Translations under genes and position numbers: made by a program
Shown here: piece after piece, positions 29,881-40,427 of the stretch
How positions within the stretch are numbered: the first letter of the stretch is position 1
How the letters are laid out: the number at the start of each line of letters is the position of its first letter
Origin: Nanobdellota archaeon
Lineage (GTDB): Archaea; Nanobdellota; Nanobdellia; Pacearchaeales; GW2011-AR1
Length of the DNA stretch: 64,000 nt
Reading direction: 5' to 3'
NCBI GenBank assembly: GCA_018815925.1
Contig: JAHIWS010000019.1
Location: forward strand, 252-64,251
Notes under the pieces: model-generated
The model's input: the letters and a program-made list of their open reading frames with translations, nothing else
The model's database searches: none
Told to the model about the DNA's origin: nothing

Positions 29881-30657
29881 ATGAAAAAAGTTATTGTCAT
29901 TACATCTGGAAAAGGAGGTGTAGGAAAAACAACTACAGCAATTAATTTAGGAGCAGCTATGAATTATTTTGGGAAAGATGTCTTAATAATTGATGGTAAT
30001 TTAACAACCCCAAACGTTGGAATTCATTTAAATTCTCCAGAAGTTCCAATAAATTTAAACCATGTACTTCTTGAAAAAGCGGAACCTTTTGAATCAGTTT
30101 ATGAGCATGAATCTGGAATAAAAGTAATGCCTTCTTCAATCTCCATAAAAGAATTAAGAAAAGTAAAACCAGAAAAAATAGCAAACTACAAAAAAGATTT
30201 CAAAAAAATTTCTGATTATATAATTGTTGATAGTGCTGCTGGACTTGGCCATGAAGCAGAATCAGTAATAAAAATGGCTGATGAATTAATTATTGTCACA
30301 AATCCAGAAATAGCGGCAATCACAGATGCGTTAAAAACAGTAAAACTAGCTGAATTATTAAAAAAACCTGTTTTAGGGATTATTGTTTCTAGAGTTAAAA
30401 AAGATAAAATAGAAATGAAACCAGATGAAGTCAAAGAAATGTTGGAAGCCCCTATACTAGGAATGATTCCTGAAGATATAAATGTACAAAAATCTCTAGC
30501 ATTAAAAGATGCTGTCGTCCACACCCATCCAAAAAGTAAAGCTTCCAGGGCATATAAAGAAGTTGTATCTAAACTTTTAGATATTCCTTATAATTCGGAT
30601 AAAGACAGAGAAAAAACAATAATAAAACTTCTTAAAAAATTAGGATTGAAAAAATAA
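29881..30657 (+). CDS. minD: MinD/ParA-family ATPase
   Basis: SGKGGVGKTT, IVDSAAG, VTNPE..AITDA, IPED; amphipathic C-terminal helix IIKLLKKLGL. Confidence 0.9.
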   Translation: MKKVIVITSGKGGVGKTTTAINLGAAMNYFGKDVLIIDGNLTTPNVGIHLNSPEVPINLNHVLLEKAEPFESVYEHESGIKVMPSSISIKELRKVKPEKIANYKKDFKKISDYIIVDSAAGLGHEAESVIKMADELIIVTNPEIAAITDALKTVKLAELLKKPVLGIIVSRVKKDKIEMKPDEVKEMLEAPILGMIPEDINVQKSLALKDAVVHTHPKSKASRAYKEVVSKLLDIPYNSDKDREKTIIKLLKKLGLKK

Positions 30658-31002
30658 TTAACTAATTTTGCTTCCAACTTCAATTTCTTTTTCAGGAGTA
30701 ATCAATATCACTTCCTCATGATCTTCTGTTGAAGCAGCTAAAATCATTCCCTGGCTTTCTATTCCCCTAAGCTTTCTAGGAGATAAATTAACAAAAACAA
30801 CTATTTTTCTATCTTTTAATTCTTCTTTTTTATAATATTCCTTAATTCCTGCACAAATTATCCTCTGCCCAATTTCTTTCCCAAGATCAATAGTAAATTT
30901 GTAAAGTTTATCAGCTCCTTCAATATCTTCTACTTTAACAATTTTACCAACTCTTAAATCTAATTTCTGCCATTCATCAAAACTAACAAGATCCTCAACC
31001 AT
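30658..31002 (-). CDS. tRNA-binding OB-fold protein (MetRS C-terminal/Trbp111-like)
   Basis: LDLRVGKI, ADKL, VNLSPRKLRGIESQGMILAA motifs. Confidence 0.92.
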   Translation of the reverse strand: MVEDLVSFDEWQKLDLRVGKIVKVEDIEGADKLYKFTIDLGKEIGQRIICAGIKEYYKKEELKDRKIVVFVNLSPRKLRGIESQGMILAASTEDHEEVILITPEKEIEVGSKIS

Positions 31003-31003
31003 T

Positions 31004-31228
31004 TTATTTTTTTACTATTACTATTGCTTTTTTATTTACATATTTTTTAGGTAAAATAATATGGCTTGAATTTCTAAATGGTTGTATTTTAATGTCCTTT
31101 ACTTTTTCTGGAATAATTTTCTTCATGCTAGCATAAATTTTTTTAAAATCCTTTTGAAATCTATCTAAATTAATTTTAAATTCTCTAGAATTTAATTCAA
31201 TTCGTTTCGCACTCTTAGTTTTCTTCAT
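31004..31228 (-). CDS. DUF2080/AbrB-like small protein
   Basis: PFRNSSHIILPKKYVNKKAIVIV C-terminal motif. Confidence 0.55.
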   Translation of the reverse strand: MKKTKSAKRIELNSREFKINLDRFQKDFKKIYASMKKIIPEKVKDIKIQPFRNSSHIILPKKYVNKKAIVIVKK

Positions 31229-32595
31229 TTTGTCTTAACAAACAAAGGTTCAGCTTTTTTAATCTTTGTTGCACTAAAAATATTCTTAATTTTCTCACTT
31301 GATTCAGGAATAAAAGGCCACAACAACTCAGAAATCTTCAAGATACTTTCTTTTAATTCATAAAGAACTTTTTTATCTTTGGTTTCCCAAGGTTTTTTAT
31401 TCTGAATATACTCATTGCAAACATCAATAAAAGCAAAGATTTCATTTAAAGCCTTATCTAATTCAAAACTTTCAAATAATTTCTCAATCTTTTTTTCATT
31501 TAATTTTTTAATTAGTGTATTATCACATTTTTGAATTCCATTCTTTTCAATTAACCCACTAGTTCTTGAAACTAAATTTCCTAGCTTGTTTGCTAATTCA
31601 TTATTATATCTCTCAATTAATATCTCTTCAGAATAATCAGAATCATCAAAAACACTGCATCTCAGCAAAGAATATCTAACTGCATCTGTTCCATATTTTT
31701 TAATTAATTCTAAAGGGTCTATAACATTTCCAACACTTTTACTAATTTTCCTACCTTTAAGATTTAAATAACCATGGACAAGCAAAATTTTAGGTAATTT
31801 ACAGCCAGCAGATATTAGTATAGCAGGCCAAATAACAGAATGAAACCAATTAATTCCTTTTCCAATAACATGAATATCTGCTGGCCATTTATCTTTTGCC
31901 CCAGAAATATAATTAATAAGTGCATCTACCCAAACATAAACTTTATACTTTTTATCTTTAGGAAAATCAATTCCCCATTTCGCATTGCTCCTAGAAATAC
32001 AAAGATCATTTAAATCATCTTTTAATCTACCTAAAATTTCATTTCTTTTTGATTCTGGAATAACATATGTTTTCACAAATCTAATTAATTTTTCCCTGTA
32101 TTTACCTAGTTTAAAAAAATAAGCTTCTTCAGACATTAATTCAGGTTTTTTATTATGTTCAAGACATTTGCCCTCAACTAAATCTTTTTCAGTTTTATAT
32201 CCTTCACAACCACTACAATAATATCCCTCATATTTACTTTTGTAGATATCTCCTTTTTTAATTATTTTATTTAAAATTTCATGAACAACCAGGGCATGTT
32301 CTTTTGCACTTGTTCTAATAAATTTATTATGGTTTATGTTTAATTTCTCTACTAATTCAACAAAATAACCTGTATTTTTATTTATAAAATCTTTAACACC
32401 CACTCCAGCTATTTCTGCTGCTTGAACATTTTTTTGAGCATTTTCATCTACACCAGTTAAAAAGAAAACCTTCTCTCCTTTTTGTTTATGATATCTAGCT
32501 AAAGCATCTGCTATAACTTTCTCAAATGCATGACCAATATGTGGCTTAGCATTTACATAATCTATTGCAGTTGTAATATAAAATTTCTTTGACAT
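31225..32595 (-). CDS. metG: Methionyl-tRNA synthetase (short form, no C-terminal dimerisation domain)
   Basis: YITTAIDYVN, HIGH, YVWVDAL, KISKS, NELANKLGNL motifs. Confidence 0.95.
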   Translation of the reverse strand: MSKKFYITTAIDYVNAKPHIGHAFEKVIADALARYHKQKGEKVFFLTGVDENAQKNVQAAEIAGVGVKDFINKNTGYFVELVEKLNINHNKFIRTSAKEHALVVHEILNKIIKKGDIYKSKYEGYYCSGCEGYKTEKDLVEGKCLEHNKKPELMSEEAYFFKLGKYREKLIRFVKTYVIPESKRNEILGRLKDDLNDLCISRSNAKWGIDFPKDKKYKVYVWVDALINYISGAKDKWPADIHVIGKGINWFHSVIWPAILISAGCKLPKILLVHGYLNLKGRKISKSVGNVIDPLELIKKYGTDAVRYSLLRCSVFDDSDYSEEILIERYNNELANKLGNLVSRTSGLIEKNGIQKCDNTLIKKLNEKKIEKLFESFELDKALNEIFAFIDVCNEYIQNKKPWETKDKKVLYELKESILKISELLWPFIPESSEKIKNIFSATKIKKAEPLFVKTK

Positions 32596-32625
32596 GAAAC
32601 TAAAAAAAGAAATGAGTATAAAAAC

Positions 32626-33114
32626 TTAACCAATAAGAATCTTTCTCTCAACATATTCATCAGGTTTTTTCAATCTATCTGCAATAGAAAGGATATGGGG
32701 ATACATAGAAGCTGCCTCTCTTTCTTCAAAACCCAAATCTTTCATAACCTCTACGTAATCACTTTCTGAAAGGTTAAAATCAGGCTTAAGAGAATAAGTT
32801 AAAAAAATACTTCTAGCCTCCCTTGTTTCAGAAATTAATTTTTCTAATTCAGAACCAAGCTTAGAATGTCTTTTTTTGAAAATATCCACTGCATCCCTTA
32901 TAGATCTTGCATATTTTGATTCTGATTCCTGTTTTACTGCAACTAAGATTCTTTTCCCAATTTTTTCTTTTTCTTTAATTAAATTATCTATTTCGCTAGC
33001 TCTTTTATTTAAGTTTCTTACCCCTTTTTGCCCTAAATTATTCAAAAGCCTATAAGTTCTATCTGCAGCTATTAACCTTCTTACTTTTTTCTCAATATCT
33101 GTTCTCTCAGGCAT
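32626..33114 (-). CDS. Hypothetical coiled-coil protein
   Basis: 162-aa ORF filling the gap. Confidence 0.55.
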   Translation of the reverse strand: MPERTDIEKKVRRLIAADRTYRLLNNLGQKGVRNLNKRASEIDNLIKEKEKIGKRILVAVKQESESKYARSIRDAVDIFKKRHSKLGSELEKLISETREARSIFLTYSLKPDFNLSESDYVEVMKDLGFEEREAASMYPHILSIADRLKKPDEYVERKILIG

Positions 33115-33211
33115 GCAAAACCCAAATATTCCCTATTTATAATAATTTAGATTCTTAATCAACAAATTTAAATATATACAAAAACTTAAAACAATATACA
33201 AAAGAGGAAAA

Positions 33212-34192
33212 ATGAATATAGCTATTAATGGTTTAGGAAGAATTGGGAGACTTGTGTTAAAAATTGCTTTAGAAAGAGGATTAAACATTGTTGCAGTAAA
33301 TGACCTTGTAGACACAAAAACACTGGCTTATCTCCTAAAATATGATTCTGTGTATGGTATATATAATAAAAAAGTAGAAACTGGAAAAGATTTTATCAAA
33401 ATAAACAATAAAAAAATAGAGGTTTTTTCTGAACAAGATCCAGAAAAACTTCCTTGGAAAAACCTAAAAATAAATTATGTTGTAGAAGCAACAGGGATTT
33501 TCAGAGATAGAGTTGGATCAGAAAAACATCTTAAAGCAGGAGCAAAAAAGGTAATAATATCTGCACCATGTAAAGAACCAGATATAACAATAGTTTTAGG
33601 AGTTAATGAACAAAAACTAAATAAAAACCATAAAATAATTTCAATGGCTTCTTGCACAACTAATTGCCTAGCACCTTTAGCAAAAGTTCTAGAAGATAAA
33701 TTCAAAATAAAAAAAGCATTTATGACTACTATCCATGCATATACTACAAGTCAAAAAATTCTTGATCTTCCCGATAAAAAACTAAGAAGAGGCAGAGCTG
33801 CTGCAATAAATATTATTCCTACAACAACAGGAGCAACAAGTGCAACTTCAGAGGTAATTCCAAGTCTCAAAAACAAGATAAATGGTTTGGCTTTCAGAGT
33901 CCCTGTTGCATGTGGAAGTGTTGTTGATCTTGTAGCTGAATTAGGGAAAAAAGTAAAAAAAGAACAAATAAACCAAGCACTTAAACAAGTTGCTTCTGGA
34001 AAACTCAAAGGAATAATACAATATACTGAAGATGAAATTGTATCGTCAGATATAATAAAAAATACTCATTCTTGTATAATAGATGGTTTATCAACACAAG
34101 TCATTGGAAACACAGTTAAAGTAGTTGCCTGGTATGATAATGAGTATGGTTACAGCTGTAGAATGGTTGAGCTTCTAAAGAGGTTGAGATAA
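33212..34192 (+). CDS. gap: Glyceraldehyde-3-phosphate dehydrogenase, type I (bacterial type)
   Basis: INGLGRIGR, YDSVYG, ASCTTNCLAP, IIPTTTGA, WYDNEYGY motifs. Confidence 0.97.
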   Translation: MNIAINGLGRIGRLVLKIALERGLNIVAVNDLVDTKTLAYLLKYDSVYGIYNKKVETGKDFIKINNKKIEVFSEQDPEKLPWKNLKINYVVEATGIFRDRVGSEKHLKAGAKKVIISAPCKEPDITIVLGVNEQKLNKNHKIISMASCTTNCLAPLAKVLEDKFKIKKAFMTTIHAYTTSQKILDLPDKKLRRGRAAAINIIPTTTGATSATSEVIPSLKNKINGLAFRVPVACGSVVDLVAELGKKVKKEQINQALKQVASGKLKGIIQYTEDEIVSSDIIKNTHSCIIDGLSTQVIGNTVKVVAWYDNEYGYSCRMVELLKRLR

Positions 34193-35113
34193 ATGTTATA
34201 TGATATGGTTATCATAGGAGCAGGGCCTTCAGGAATGACTGCAGCAATTTATGCCGCTAGAAGAAAGATAAAATTTCTAATTCTTAGTATGGATATTGGA
34301 GGACAAATGAACTGGAGCTCTGAGGTAGATAATTATCCAGGAATACCAGACATAACAGGAATTGAAATAGTAAAAAAATTCAATGAACATCTTAAAGATT
34401 ATAATATAAAAGTAAAAAATGAAGAAGTTTTAGACATAAAACAAAAAGGAAAAATCTTAATTGTAAAAACAAAAAAAACAACCTATGAAACAAAAACAAT
34501 AATAATTGGTTCTGGAAAAAAACCTAAAAAACTAAACATTTCAGGAGAAGATAATTTATTAGGAAAAGGTGTTAGTTATTGTGCAACTTGTGATGCCCCC
34601 CTCTACAAAGATAAGATAGTTGCTATTATAGGTGCAGGCAATTCAGGATTAGAAGCAGCACTACATTTAGCACAATATGCAAAAAAAATCTATTTAATTG
34701 ATTCACTAGAAAAAATAGCAGGAGAACCTTATCTCAAGGACAGAGTTTTACAAAATAAAAAAATAAGTTTCATAGGGGGAGCAAAAATAAAGGAAATCAT
34801 AGGTAAACAAACAGTAGAAGCATTAAAATATGAATCAAAAGCAGAACAAACTAATTTACCTGTACAAGGAATTTTTATTGAAACAGGTCTTATTGCCAAA
34901 GTTGATTTTGCAAATCTTGTAAAGAAAAATAAATGGGGGGAAATTATGATTTTTAGGAGCACAAAAACACATGAAGAAAATATGACTAACATTCCAGGAA
35001 TATTTGCAGCAGGAGATGTCACAGATATACCTTCAAAACAAATAGTTGTTGCAGCAGGAGAAGGTTGCAAAGCTGCACTCGCAGCTTTTGATTATATAAA
35101 TAAATTTAAGTAA
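34193..35113 (+). CDS. Thioredoxin reductase-like flavoprotein
   Basis: IIGAGPSG, GVSYCATCD, IGAGNSG, FAAGD motifs. Confidence 0.92.
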   Translation: MLYDMVIIGAGPSGMTAAIYAARRKIKFLILSMDIGGQMNWSSEVDNYPGIPDITGIEIVKKFNEHLKDYNIKVKNEEVLDIKQKGKILIVKTKKTTYETKTIIIGSGKKPKKLNISGEDNLLGKGVSYCATCDAPLYKDKIVAIIGAGNSGLEAALHLAQYAKKIYLIDSLEKIAGEPYLKDRVLQNKKISFIGGAKIKEIIGKQTVEALKYESKAEQTNLPVQGIFIETGLIAKVDFANLVKKNKWGEIMIFRSTKTHEENMTNIPGIFAAGDVTDIPSKQIVVAAGEGCKAALAAFDYINKFK

Positions 35114-35168
35114 AACTAAAACCCAAAATTTATAATACATTCTTTCTTTAATTTATTGAGGTAAAAAT

Positions 35169-36302
35169 ATGAAATTTATTTCTAAAGAAATGAATCTAAA
35201 AGGAAAAACAATACTTCTAAGAGCAGATCTTGATTCAAATTATGTTAATAAGAAAATTATTAGTGGGGGGAGAATTAAGCAAGCAGCTGAAACAATTAAA
35301 TTTTTAAAAAAGAAAGGGGCCAGAGTTGTAGTTATTGCTCATCAAGGAAGACCAAATAGAGGAAATTGTACCTCTTTTAAAAGTCATGCGAAATTCCTTA
35401 GTAAATATACTAAAGTAAAATTTGTTAATGATTTATTTGGAAAAAAAGTTGAAAAGGCCATTAAAAACCTAAAAAATGGAAAAGTTATTTTATTGGAAAA
35501 TGTTAGAAAATATAAAGAAGAGTACAAGTTAGGAAAAAATAAATTTGTTGAAAATTTATCTAATTGGTGCAATATTTATGTTAATGATGCATTTAGCAAT
35601 AGTCATAGAAAGCATACATCTATGGTTAGTTTTGCAAAAGTAATGCCTAATTATTCTGGACCTTTATTAGAAAAAGAAATTGCATCGCTAAAAAGAATTC
35701 ACCTAAAAAAAACTTTATTTATTTTAGGAGGTGCAAAACCAAAAGATAATTTAAAATTATTAAGTAAAGGAAAAATTTTAGCATGTGGTTTATTTGGACA
35801 AATGTGTTTAATTACTAAAGGAAAAAATCTTGGAGCACAAGATAAATATTTGAAAAAATTAGTGAAAGATTTTAATCATGTTGTTAAGAAAATAAAACCT
35901 AGATTAAAAAATGTAATTACCCCGCTTGATTTTGGAGTAAAGATTCATGGAAAAAGAAAAGATTTAAATTTAAGTGAATTTCCAAGCAAATATGAAATCT
36001 TTGATATTGGACCCAAAACAAGAAAATTATTTATTAAAGAAATTAAAAAAGCAAAATCAATCTATATGAAAGGGCCTGTTGGAGATTTTTCAAGTAAAGG
36101 ATTTGAAAAAGGAACTTTTGAAATATTAAAAGCAATTGCAAAGAATAAAGGATTTAGTTTAATTGGGGGAGGGCATTTAAGTGATGCTATTGAAAAATCC
36201 GGGGTTAATAAAAAAAAGTTTAGTCATGTTAGTTTATCTGGAGGAGCATTATTAAATTATATTGCAGGTGAAAAACTTCCTGGTATTGAGGTTTTGAGAT
36301 GA
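35169..36302 (+). CDS. pgk: Phosphoglycerate kinase
   Basis: HQGRP, LLENVR, YVNDAFSNSHR, LGGAK, DIGP, SLSGGA motifs. Confidence 0.95.
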   Translation: MKFISKEMNLKGKTILLRADLDSNYVNKKIISGGRIKQAAETIKFLKKKGARVVVIAHQGRPNRGNCTSFKSHAKFLSKYTKVKFVNDLFGKKVEKAIKNLKNGKVILLENVRKYKEEYKLGKNKFVENLSNWCNIYVNDAFSNSHRKHTSMVSFAKVMPNYSGPLLEKEIASLKRIHLKKTLFILGGAKPKDNLKLLSKGKILACGLFGQMCLITKGKNLGAQDKYLKKLVKDFNHVVKKIKPRLKNVITPLDFGVKIHGKRKDLNLSEFPSKYEIFDIGPKTRKLFIKEIKKAKSIYMKGPVGDFSSKGFEKGTFEILKAIAKNKGFSLIGGGHLSDAIEKSGVNKKKFSHVSLSGGALLNYIAGEKLPGIEVLR

Positions 36303-37006
36303 AACTAATAAAAACAAAAAATTACAAAGAATTGTCTAAAAAAGCTGCAGAATTAATTATCTCTGAGGTTAAGGAAAAACCTAATTTAGTTATTTGTTTT
36401 GCAACTGGTAAGACCCCTAGAGGAATATATAAAAGTTTGGTTAAATCTTATAAGAAAAAGAAGATTGATTTTTCAAAAGTTGGATGTTTTAATTTAGATG
36501 AATATTATCCAATAGAAAAGAGCGATAAAAAGAGCTTTTATTATTATTTAGTTAATAGATTATTTAGTAAGATTAATATAAAAAAGAAAAATATTAATTT
36601 ATTAAATGGGGAGACTAAAAATCCTAAGTTAGAGTGTTTGAATTATGAGAAAAAAATTAAGAAGCAGGGGATTGATTTAGCTATTTTAGGTGTTGGTGTT
36701 AATGGGCATATTGCTTTTAATGAACCTGGTTCTAGTTTTAGTTCTAAGACAAGAGTTGTTGAATTAGCTAAAGAAACAATTAAAAGAAATTCAGGTTTTT
36801 ACAATAAGGTACCAAATAAAGCCTTAACAACAGGAATTAATACAATTATGAAATCAAAAGAAATTATTTTGCTTGCAAATGGAAAATCTAAGTCAGAAGC
36901 AATTAAACACCTAGTTAAAGATAAACCAGATAAATCTTGGCCTATAACATTTTTAAAAAGACATAAAAATCTTATTGTGATAATTAGTAAAGAGGTGTTG
37001 AAATGA
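36299..37006 (+). CDS. nagB: Glucosamine-6-phosphate deaminase
   Basis: ATGKTP, FNLDEY, LGVGVNGHIAFNEPG motifs. Confidence 0.93.
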   Translation: MKLIKTKNYKELSKKAAELIISEVKEKPNLVICFATGKTPRGIYKSLVKSYKKKKIDFSKVGCFNLDEYYPIEKSDKKSFYYYLVNRLFSKINIKKKNINLLNGETKNPKLECLNYEKKIKKQGIDLAILGVGVNGHIAFNEPGSSFSSKTRVVELAKETIKRNSGFYNKVPNKALTTGINTIMKSKEIILLANGKSKSEAIKHLVKDKPDKSWPITFLKRHKNLIVIISKEVLK

Positions 37007-38109
37007 AAAAAGATATTCTTGAAGAAGCATATGAAAGAGCAAAAGAAACTTTAAGATTATGCTCAACAAAATATGGGCTTTATGCTAGTGGAGGAAAAAA
37101 TGGATATTTTGGAGTGTGGAGTAGAGATTCTAATATTAGCTTAATTGGTGCTAGTACAGAAAAAAATGATTTATTTAAAGGACAATTTAAAAAAAGTCTT
37201 GAAACTTTAAAAAAACATCAGAGTAAACTTGGACAGATTCCTAATGCTGTTCTTAAATTTAATAGAAAAAACCCTCAAGTTGATTTTAAATCAATTGATT
37301 CTAGTTTATGGTTTATTATTGGACATTATATTTACAAAGAAAAATACAAAGATGCAGGTCTTTTTAGAAAACATAAATCTGCTATTAAGAAAGCAATACT
37401 TTGGGTTAAGAATAGAGATGTTGGTGAAGATCTGACTCTTGAGCAACTTCCAACAACTGATTGGCAAGATGCTTTTCCTCATAAATATGGAAGTGTTATT
37501 AGCACTCAAGCACTTTATTATTATGTTTTAAGATTAATTGGAGAAAATAGAAATGCGCGAAAACTTAGGAAAATTGTAAATAAAAGTAAAGAAGATGGTT
37601 TATGGAATAAAAATTATTATTGGGCTTATAGATGGAAAAATCATAATAAATATAAAGAGATTGGTGATTGGTTTGACTCTTTTGGAAATTTAATTTCAAT
37701 TATTTTTGGTTTAGCAAATAAAAAAAGAGCTAAAAAAATTATTTCTTATATTAAAAATAAAGGAATTGCTACTCCTTATCCTGTAAAATCAATTTATCCT
37801 GTAATTAAAAAAACAAGTGCTTATTGGAGAGATTATTATTTAGATGCCGGAGCAACCCCTAATCATTATCTTAATGGGGGAATTTGGCCTTATCTTGGGG
37901 GTTTGTATATTTTAGCTTTAATAAAATTAAAAATGTTTAAAGAAGCTGAAAAAGAATTAATAAAATTAGCTGAAAGTAATTTGAAAAATAATTTATTTCC
38001 TGAATGGATTGACCCCAAAACAAAAAAAACTCATGGTAAATTTCAGGCATGGAGTGCTGGCACTTATATTTGGGCTTATAATAGTGTGAAGATGAAGAAG
38101 GTGTTGTAA
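37003..38109 (+). CDS. Six-hairpin glycoside hydrolase (GH100 invertase-like or GDE C-terminal-like)
   Basis: VWSRD, GQIP, IDSSLW, DWQD, YLNGGIWP, FPEW, QAWSA motifs. Confidence 0.8.
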   Translation: MKKDILEEAYERAKETLRLCSTKYGLYASGGKNGYFGVWSRDSNISLIGASTEKNDLFKGQFKKSLETLKKHQSKLGQIPNAVLKFNRKNPQVDFKSIDSSLWFIIGHYIYKEKYKDAGLFRKHKSAIKKAILWVKNRDVGEDLTLEQLPTTDWQDAFPHKYGSVISTQALYYYVLRLIGENRNARKLRKIVNKSKEDGLWNKNYYWAYRWKNHNKYKEIGDWFDSFGNLISIIFGLANKKRAKKIISYIKNKGIATPYPVKSIYPVIKKTSAYWRDYYLDAGATPNHYLNGGIWPYLGGLYILALIKLKMFKEAEKELIKLAESNLKNNLFPEWIDPKTKKTHGKFQAWSAGTYIWAYNSVKMKKVL

Positions 38110-39224
38110 TGGTTAAAGTAAAAAAAGATAAATTGCTTTTAGGTCCTAAGGATATTAAACCTAGTTCTAATAAATTTGAAATTCTTGGAGTATTAAATCC
38201 TGCAGCAGTAAGATTAAAAGATGGAAGAATTTTGCTTTATATTAGGGTAGTAGAGAGACTTAAGAAGACAGAGGATTCTAGATATTTTTATGTTCCGAGA
38301 TTTGCTGGAAAAAATAATTTTAAAGTTGTTATAGATAAATTTTCAAAGAGCAAAGTCACAGGGGAGGATAAAATTGCAATAATATTTAAGAATGACACTA
38401 AACGCTTAACTTTTATTTCTCATTTTAGAAGAGTTTATCTTGATAAATCTGGGTTAAAAATTTTGAAAATAGAACAAAAACCTAGTTTTTTTGGATTAAA
38501 GCATGATGGTGAATTAGGGGTTGAGGATCCACGTATTACAAAAATTAATAAGAAATATTATATGACTTATGTTGGCCTTTCTAGGAGAGAGGGAATTTCA
38601 ACTTATTTAGCCGAATCTGATGATGTCATAAGGTGGAAACGTTTAGGTATAATTTTTGGAGAGCAAGATAAAGATGTTGTTTTGTTTCCTGAAAAAATAA
38701 AAAATAAATATGTTTGTTTTGATAGGCCAGAAGGAAATTTTGAATTTTCAACCCCTCATATTTGGATAGCTTTTTCTCCTGATTTAATCCATTGGGGGAA
38801 ATTAGATGCAGTAAATTTAGGAGGTAAAAATAAAGACTTTTCAAGAATTGGTGCTGGTCCTCCCCCAATAAAAACAGAAAAAGGTTGGCTTCAAATTTTT
38901 CATGCAGTAACTAAGGGTGTTCCAAAAGGATTTTGGATTTCTATTAAAAAAATTTTTGGATATGTTTATTCTGATCTTGATGATTATACTATTTGGGCTG
39001 CTCTTTTAGATAAAAATAATCCAAAAAAACTTTTAGCTAAAAGTCATCTTCCCATTATTATTCCAAAGAAAAAATATGAAATAAGTTTTGAAAATAAAAA
39101 AGTAGTTTTTCCTACTGGAATTATCCAGGATAGAAAAGATATTTTATTATATAATGGGGTCGGAGATAAATTTGTTAGTGTTAAAAAGATAAAGTTAAGT
39201 GAAATTATGAAGAATTTGGATTAG
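38109..39224 (+). CDS. GH130-family glycoside phosphorylase/hydrolase
   Basis: LNPAA, GVEDPRIT, DKDVVLFP, IGAGPPPIKT.KGWL, VVFPTG motifs. Confidence 0.88.
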   Translation: MVKVKKDKLLLGPKDIKPSSNKFEILGVLNPAAVRLKDGRILLYIRVVERLKKTEDSRYFYVPRFAGKNNFKVVIDKFSKSKVTGEDKIAIIFKNDTKRLTFISHFRRVYLDKSGLKILKIEQKPSFFGLKHDGELGVEDPRITKINKKYYMTYVGLSRREGISTYLAESDDVIRWKRLGIIFGEQDKDVVLFPEKIKNKYVCFDRPEGNFEFSTPHIWIAFSPDLIHWGKLDAVNLGGKNKDFSRIGAGPPPIKTEKGWLQIFHAVTKGVPKGFWISIKKIFGYVYSDLDDYTIWAALLDKNNPKKLLAKSHLPIIIPKKKYEISFENKKVVFPTGIIQDRKDILLYNGVGDKFVSVKKIKLSEIMKNLD

Positions 39225-39236
39225 AAAGGTATATAT

Positions 39237-40376
39237 TTATCGAATACCTAACTTCTCTTGAATTACTCTAAGCATTTTTTTTGCAATGACTCTGTAATCT
39301 AAGTTTTCAACAGTGTGTTTTCTTCCAGCTTCTCCCATCTGTTTGCAAAGTTCTGGACTATACAATAGTCTTTTAGTGTATTCTATTAAATCATCAACAT
39401 TTGCCCTATATCCAAAAATTTTGGGAGCATCAAATCTTACTATTTGTTTACTTGAATACCCCATACTAGGGTATGCCCACTCTTCATTTAATTTTATTTC
39501 TTCAGCAACTCTAGCTAAAAATCCTGTTTCTCCATGAATAATGGTTTCTGCAGGCCCTCCTTTATTTATGGAAATTACTGGCTTTCCACAACTCATTGCT
39601 TCAACTTGTATCATACCAAATCCTTCAATTCTTGAAGGAGCTGCATAAAGATCACATGCATTAATTACCTTAGCCATAAATTCCTGGCTCCATGCATCAT
39701 CCACAAATATGATTTTATCCCTAATTCCTAGTTCATCAGCTAATCGCTCTTCTCTTTCTCTCCACTCATGTGCACACTCACTAGGCCAAGTCTTACACAC
39801 ATATTTCCAATCTTTGAACTCCTTATTAATTTCTGCAAGTGCCTTTATCATTTCTTGGGCTCCTTTACTTGTCACATCTCCCCCCATTGTTAAAATCATT
39901 TTTTCATTATCTCTTACACCCAACATTCTTCTTAATGCAAAATTTAGTCCATTATTTTTTTCTGGTTTAAATAAATCTGTATCAATTCCAATATGCATAG
40001 GAATTATTTTAGAAACATCTGTTCCATCTCTAGCATAAACACCCCTAACCCACTCACTTGTTGTGAACATTAATTTTAATTGATTAAATTCTGCTTGATA
40101 ATTAGCTACCCATCCATCAGAATTAAACCAAGGAATTGGTGTAACACCCCACTTTAAAGGTTCTCTAACAATTTCTGGTACATTCCCCCAAAAACCAACT
40201 CCAATGCAAATATCTGGTTTAAAATGTCTTAAATAAAATTCTTTTTGAATACTATCATTATGATGGCAAGGTATTGCTTCTACTCCTGCTGCAAGAAGTC
40301 CTTTGTATAAATAATGCCCTTGAAGACTAACTCCATCAGGTTCAGGAGGATATGCATATAGAATTAAAGCCTTCAT
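39237..40376 (-). CDS. GT4 glycosyltransferase
   Basis: GIDTDLF, KG, PSRIEGFGMIQVEAMSCGKPVI motifs. Confidence 0.92.
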   Translation of the reverse strand: MKALILYAYPPEPDGVSLQGHYLYKGLLAAGVEAIPCHHNDSIQKEFYLRHFKPDICIGVGFWGNVPEIVREPLKWGVTPIPWFNSDGWVANYQAEFNQLKLMFTTSEWVRGVYARDGTDVSKIIPMHIGIDTDLFKPEKNNGLNFALRRMLGVRDNEKMILTMGGDVTSKGAQEMIKALAEINKEFKDWKYVCKTWPSECAHEWREREERLADELGIRDKIIFVDDAWSQEFMAKVINACDLYAAPSRIEGFGMIQVEAMSCGKPVISINKGGPAETIIHGETGFLARVAEEIKLNEEWAYPSMGYSSKQIVRFDAPKIFGYRANVDDLIEYTKRLLYSPELCKQMGEAGRKHTVENLDYRVIAKKMLRVIQEKLGIR

Positions 40377-40427
40377 TTTATTTTTTTTGAAGACGAATGA
40401 ATGAAAATTTAATATCCGCTTTCATCT

